From the NCBI GenBank assembly GCA_963713825.1, contig CAVQNG010000003.1, positions 672,001-736,000 on the forward strand: a stretch of 64,000 nucleotides of DNA. The letters run 5' to 3'. This stretch comes from an uncultured Acidobacteriota bacterium (lineage in GTDB: Bacteria > Acidobacteriota > Thermoanaerobaculia > Multivoradales > JAHEKO01). Each line of letters starts with the position of its first letter. Position 1 is the stretch's first letter. Positions 61,601 through 64,000 of the stretch are shown here, piece by piece. The notes under the pieces were generated by a model. It searched no databases and was not told where the DNA came from. It worked only from the letters and a program-made list of their open reading frames with translations. The position numbers and the translations under genes were made by a program.

Positions 61601-63215
61601 CCTTGGCCATCGAGTCCTGCAATCGAAGATGAAAGTAGCCGCGATCCGGAATCGTTCCGCCTGATTGATAGATGAGCCGTGCCGCGCCCGGACGGGCGCG
61701 GATCGTGTTCTCCACGCGGTCGATCGTCACCCGCGGACGGAGCTCCCGGATGCGGCTATCGGCGTAGCGCCCGGCCAGCATCTCGAGGACCAGCTCGAAC
61801 TGGCGCCGATTCAGCTCCCGATAGGGGTAGGTGGATCGCAGGAACGCGTACAGCTCCTCGACATCCCAATCCTCGGCTACCACCATGGAGAGCATCACCT
61901 GGGCGAGCACATCGAGGGCGCCTGTGACGGGACGGGTCTCCTCGATATCCTGTTCCAGAACGCACTGAGCCATCACCGCGGCGTCCAGGAGGTCACGGTC
62001 GAAGAGGGCATAGAGCCGGCCCTGGCTGGGCGCACCGACCTGGTGACCAGCCCGACCCAAACGCTGCACCGCCGAGGCGACGGTTGCCGGGGTCTGGACC
62101 AAGAGCACCTCGTCCAGGGCCCCGATATCGATGCCCAGCTCGAGGGAGTTGGTGGCGACCAAAGCCGCCAGCCGACCTTCTTTCAAGCGCTCCTCGACAA
62201 CAGCCCGGATCTCTCGGGAGAGAGATCCATGGTGAGAGTAGGCAAGGTCGGCCGCTGCGGTCTCGTTGAGCAGTCGGGTGAGCTTCTCGGTCAGTCGCCG
62301 AGAGTTGGCGAAGATCAGGGTGGAGCGATTGCTCTCGATGCGCCCTCGTATCGCCTTGATCAGGGGTTCCCAGACCTCGGCTGGCGAGGGCTCGGCCCTC
62401 ACCGTCTCCGCAGTCTCCACCTTTGGGCTGGGATCGTCCTGCCGGTGGGCCACGACGCTCAAGTCGTACCGCTTCTCCTCGGACGACACGATGACCGCCA
62501 CCGGTCGGGGCCGCCCGACGGGCTCGCCGTCGACCCCCAGTTCGGTACGGGTGAACCCGCCCACGAAGTCAGCGATGCGCTCGGCAGGACGCACCGTAGC
62601 CGACAGTGCGATGCGCTGGAACTCGCCTGCCAGCAGGCCGAGTCGCTCTACGGCCGTGATCAGGTGAGTCCCCCGCTTGCTACCGGCTACCGCGTGAATC
62701 TCATCCAGAATGACACACTCTACGGACCCGAGAATGGATCTGCCGCCCTTCGAGGTCAGCAGGATGTTGAGACTCTCCGGAGTGGTGATGAGTACCTCGG
62801 GGGGATGCCGCAGCATTCTCTGTCGTTCGACCGACGGCGTGTCGCCGCTACGGGTCTGCACCCGGATCGCATTGGGACTCTCGCCAGCCTCTTCGAGCTC
62901 GACTTCCAGTCGAGCCAGTGGACCCAGCAAGTTGCGCTGGATGTCGTTGTTGAGTGCACGCAGAGGAGAGATGTAGAGCACCTTCGTCTGTCCGCCGCGC
63001 CATTTGCCTGTCAACAACTGGTTCAAAGACCACAGGAAGGCCGCCAACGTCTTGCCGCTGCCGGTGGGAGCAGTAACGAGAACGTTCTCCCCGGCCGCGA
63101 TGCGCGGCCAGACCTGTGCCTGCACCTGGGTCGGCTGACCGATCTGGCGCTCGAACCAGCGCGCCACGACAGGATGAAAGACGCTCAACGCTGCCTTTGT
63201 CTGCTCGGACGTCAT
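58608..63215 (-). CDS. lhr: Lhr-family ATP-dependent DEAD/DEAH helicase (long form)
   Basis: APTGSGKT, SPLRALNND, DEIH, SAT, HHGSLS, LELGIDIG, QRLGRAGH, GGTIPD, and C-terminal LLQRYG..LRIMELSG..DPA region. Confidence 0.95.
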   Translation of the reverse strand: MTSEQTKAALSVFHPVVARWFERQIGQPTQVQAQVWPRIAAGENVLVTAPTGSGKTLAAFLWSLNQLLTGKWRGGQTKVLYISPLRALNNDIQRNLLGPLARLEVELEEAGESPNAIRVQTRSGDTPSVERQRMLRHPPEVLITTPESLNILLTSKGGRSILGSVECVILDEIHAVAGSKRGTHLITAVERLGLLAGEFQRIALSATVRPAERIADFVGGFTRTELGVDGEPVGRPRPVAVIVSSEEKRYDLSVVAHRQDDPSPKVETAETVRAEPSPAEVWEPLIKAIRGRIESNRSTLIFANSRRLTEKLTRLLNETAAADLAYSHHGSLSREIRAVVEERLKEGRLAALVATNSLELGIDIGALDEVLLVQTPATVASAVQRLGRAGHQVGAPSQGRLYALFDRDLLDAAVMAQCVLEQDIEETRPVTGALDVLAQVMLSMVVAEDWDVEELYAFLRSTYPYRELNRRQFELVLEMLAGRYADSRIRELRPRVTIDRVENTIRARPGAARLIYQSGGTIPDRGYFHLRLQDSMAKVGELDEEFVWERSVGDTFTLGAQNWQIRSITHNDVLVVPAHRSSAMAPFWRAEERNRSFHLASKAAEFLERADRLLESEDGRAVLLRRLREEHSVEASAAEDLVRLLEQQRAVTGCGLPHRKHLVVERVMDPDPRQGRSGLVLHTHWGGQVNRPWALALAAAWDREEGLPLSIEQDNDCLLFSADERLDVDRLLGLVRPDNVEELLRHSLEQSGFFGARFRENAGRALLLPRASFRRRVPLWLNRQRAKKMLASVSRYEDFPILVETWRTCLQDEFDLQSLKLVLGELERGEIRWSEVSTSEASPLAANVLWKQTNRLMYEDDVPEDVLSSGLRRDLLQELVYSSQLRPRLPSALVDRFERKLQRVYPGYAPQTARDLTDWARERVVLTASEWQGLLGAMERDLVAAEPGLEALLESASERLLWVRGGDSRRGLEVVVHVEDLPRLCRSLGWRQGSVELHPLVSGSPGARVALAWAEERLAAASEEAAGASDQTGATLVEMVSEWIRFQGPFVEQRLVKTFALSEVETRDVVEALLEEEGVVIDRFRSGDDSPLEICDSDNLERLLRLLRAEARPSFEALPLDQLPLFLATQQELGSAGGDPERLKAALEELFGYPAPARLWESEFLPARLDPYYTAWLDALMQETDLAWVGCGKEKLTFALRPELELFPPPGAADEVPDPEVALLEVLGRHEGRFGLEELGRETGLDAAQLADSLWSLAWQGRISNSTFLVVRQAALHQFRITESQISATGPSTDSSRRVRRSRPERWRSARTVPGDWYRLASPDSLEVERDALEIEELNRERVRQLLQRYGILFRELLVREFSVLGWSSLFRTLRIMELSGEVLAGHFFQGIPGLQFMSPAAYRWLREGLPADRIFWLGALDPASACGLALEGLKGRLPPRRVGTHLVYHGTELVVVSRRQGHDLQIDVDPDHPFLRDYFGFLKVLLTRQFDPLHGIAVESINGEAAVDSPYVVPLAEMFSVSREPGALKLRRRY

Positions 63216-63303
63216 GGTCGATCAGGAATCCGTCTCGGTGTTTCCGGAGTCACGAACCAGGAACGGTAGTCTAGCCGTTCCTCCTAGAGCCGTAGATGAC
63301 TCG

Positions 63304-63558
63304 AGGTTCGTTCGGGTGGCTCGAAGGGGGACGGTGGTCCCGCCCATCCAAGCTGAGGGTTGAGACGGTCGATCGAACCAGGGATCTCCCTCGTCTGCGG
63401 CCTCACCCGACCATGCCCCTCCGACGAGGGAGACCCATGGCCCGATCTACCACCTTCGAGACACACCGAAAATCGGATTGCTGACTCACCCCCTACGCCC
63501 CAAAGCCCCTACTACCCTCACCGGTGCCAAAGGTTCGTTCGGGTGGTTCGACAGGGGG
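63304..63558. repeat. Pair of ~27-bp imperfect direct repeats, 227 bp apart
   Basis: AGGTTCGTTCGGGTGGCTCGAAGGGGG (63304-63330) and AGGTTCGTTCGGGTGGTTCGACAGGGGG (63531-63558). Confidence 0.75.
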
Positions 63559-63764
63559 CGCCGAGTCGAGCGCGGCGCAGGGTCCTTCATAGAGCACAGC
63601 AGACGGGGCGCGATGACGAGACGAGGTGGCGGCCCGTCCGTCATAGTCTGAGTAGCCGCCGCCGTCCGCCTGCGGACCACCCGGACGGACCTCAGTAGGA
63701 AGAACGGATTGGCTGAACGCACCAACGGCCGGTAGAGGAGCCGGCCGCTTCAACTCTCGAGGCC

Positions 63765-64000
63765 TCAATCTCTCAGGTAGAAGTATCGCGGTGCGGGTCC
63801 GAGTTCGACTTTCTCGCCGGCTGGGGCTTCCAGTTGTTCACCGTCACGACCAATCACTCTCGAGGCAGGGCGAGGGAGGGTGGCCTTGACGCTCCCGGAG
63901 GTACTCCAACCCACGATCACCTCGTCTCCCGACTGACGCTGAAAGTGGTATAGCCACGCTGGCGACTCGGTCTCGAGCGGTCCGAAGAACGTACTGCCCG
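63765..64000 (-). CDS. C-terminus of a hypothetical protein (partial, begins beyond the window)
   Basis: Open frame from the edge: ..FFGPLETESPAWLYHFQRQSGDEVIVGWS..VELGPAPRYFYLRD*. This is a beta-rich tail like those of some glycoside hydrolases. Confidence 0.65.
   Translation of the reverse strand, partial: GSTFFGPLETESPAWLYHFQRQSGDEVIVGWSTSGSVKATLPRPASRVIGRDGEQLEAPAGEKVELGPAPRYFYLRD

Noticed and set aside
63304-63558. CRISPR array
   Set aside because: Only two copies, ~200 bp apart, and no cas genes. No regularly spaced repeat-spacer array was seen anywhere in the window.
63250-63560. LexA SOS box (GTTC-N7-GTTC or GAAC-N4-GTTC) upstream of lhr
   Set aside because: GTTC/GAAC words are present but spaced N0, N3, N5 or N9, not the required spacing.

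Overview
High-GC bacterial window, most likely from Acidobacteriota (Thermoanaerobaculia-like). This is inferred from a secreted FG-GAP protein ending in the FADDFESGDTSAW tail motif. Many genes in the first ~17 kb, and a few later, carry single-base frameshifts that look like uncorrected long-read errors. Layout: (i) 1-9 kb is a decaying sulfatase-associated island with an IS3 remnant, a low-GC arylsulfatase, vapBC, two outer-membrane-type paralogs and several truncated gene stubs. (ii) 9-27 kb holds housekeeping and transport genes: cls, alpha-carbonic anhydrase, kefC/kefF-G, a DUF3179 protein with an in-frame UGA plus SECIS-like hairpin (probable selenoprotein), a DASS transporter, and a membrane-anchored DtxR-FeoA-FeoA/feoB operon with its palindromic operator. 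(iii) 27.9-48.8 kb is a large anaerobic purine/urate-catabolism-type cluster (two XDH-family molybdoenzymes, hydA/hyuA, ssnA-like, ygeW, arcC, ygfK-like). It departs from the E. coli/Clostridium ygeW-X-Y pathway: no ygeX or ygeY in the window, two uncharacterised PLP enzymes, a second non-canonical ATCase-like carbamoyltransferase, a YgfK lacking its NAD(P)H/FAD module, and a coupled pore-less voltage-sensor-like membrane protein. (iv) 49-64 kb holds a degenerate AmpC-family protein, DUF2891, ClC-TrkA_C, OsmC, an M14 peptidase, GT87, SCP2 and the Lhr helicase. No rRNA, tRNA or CRISPR array was recognised.
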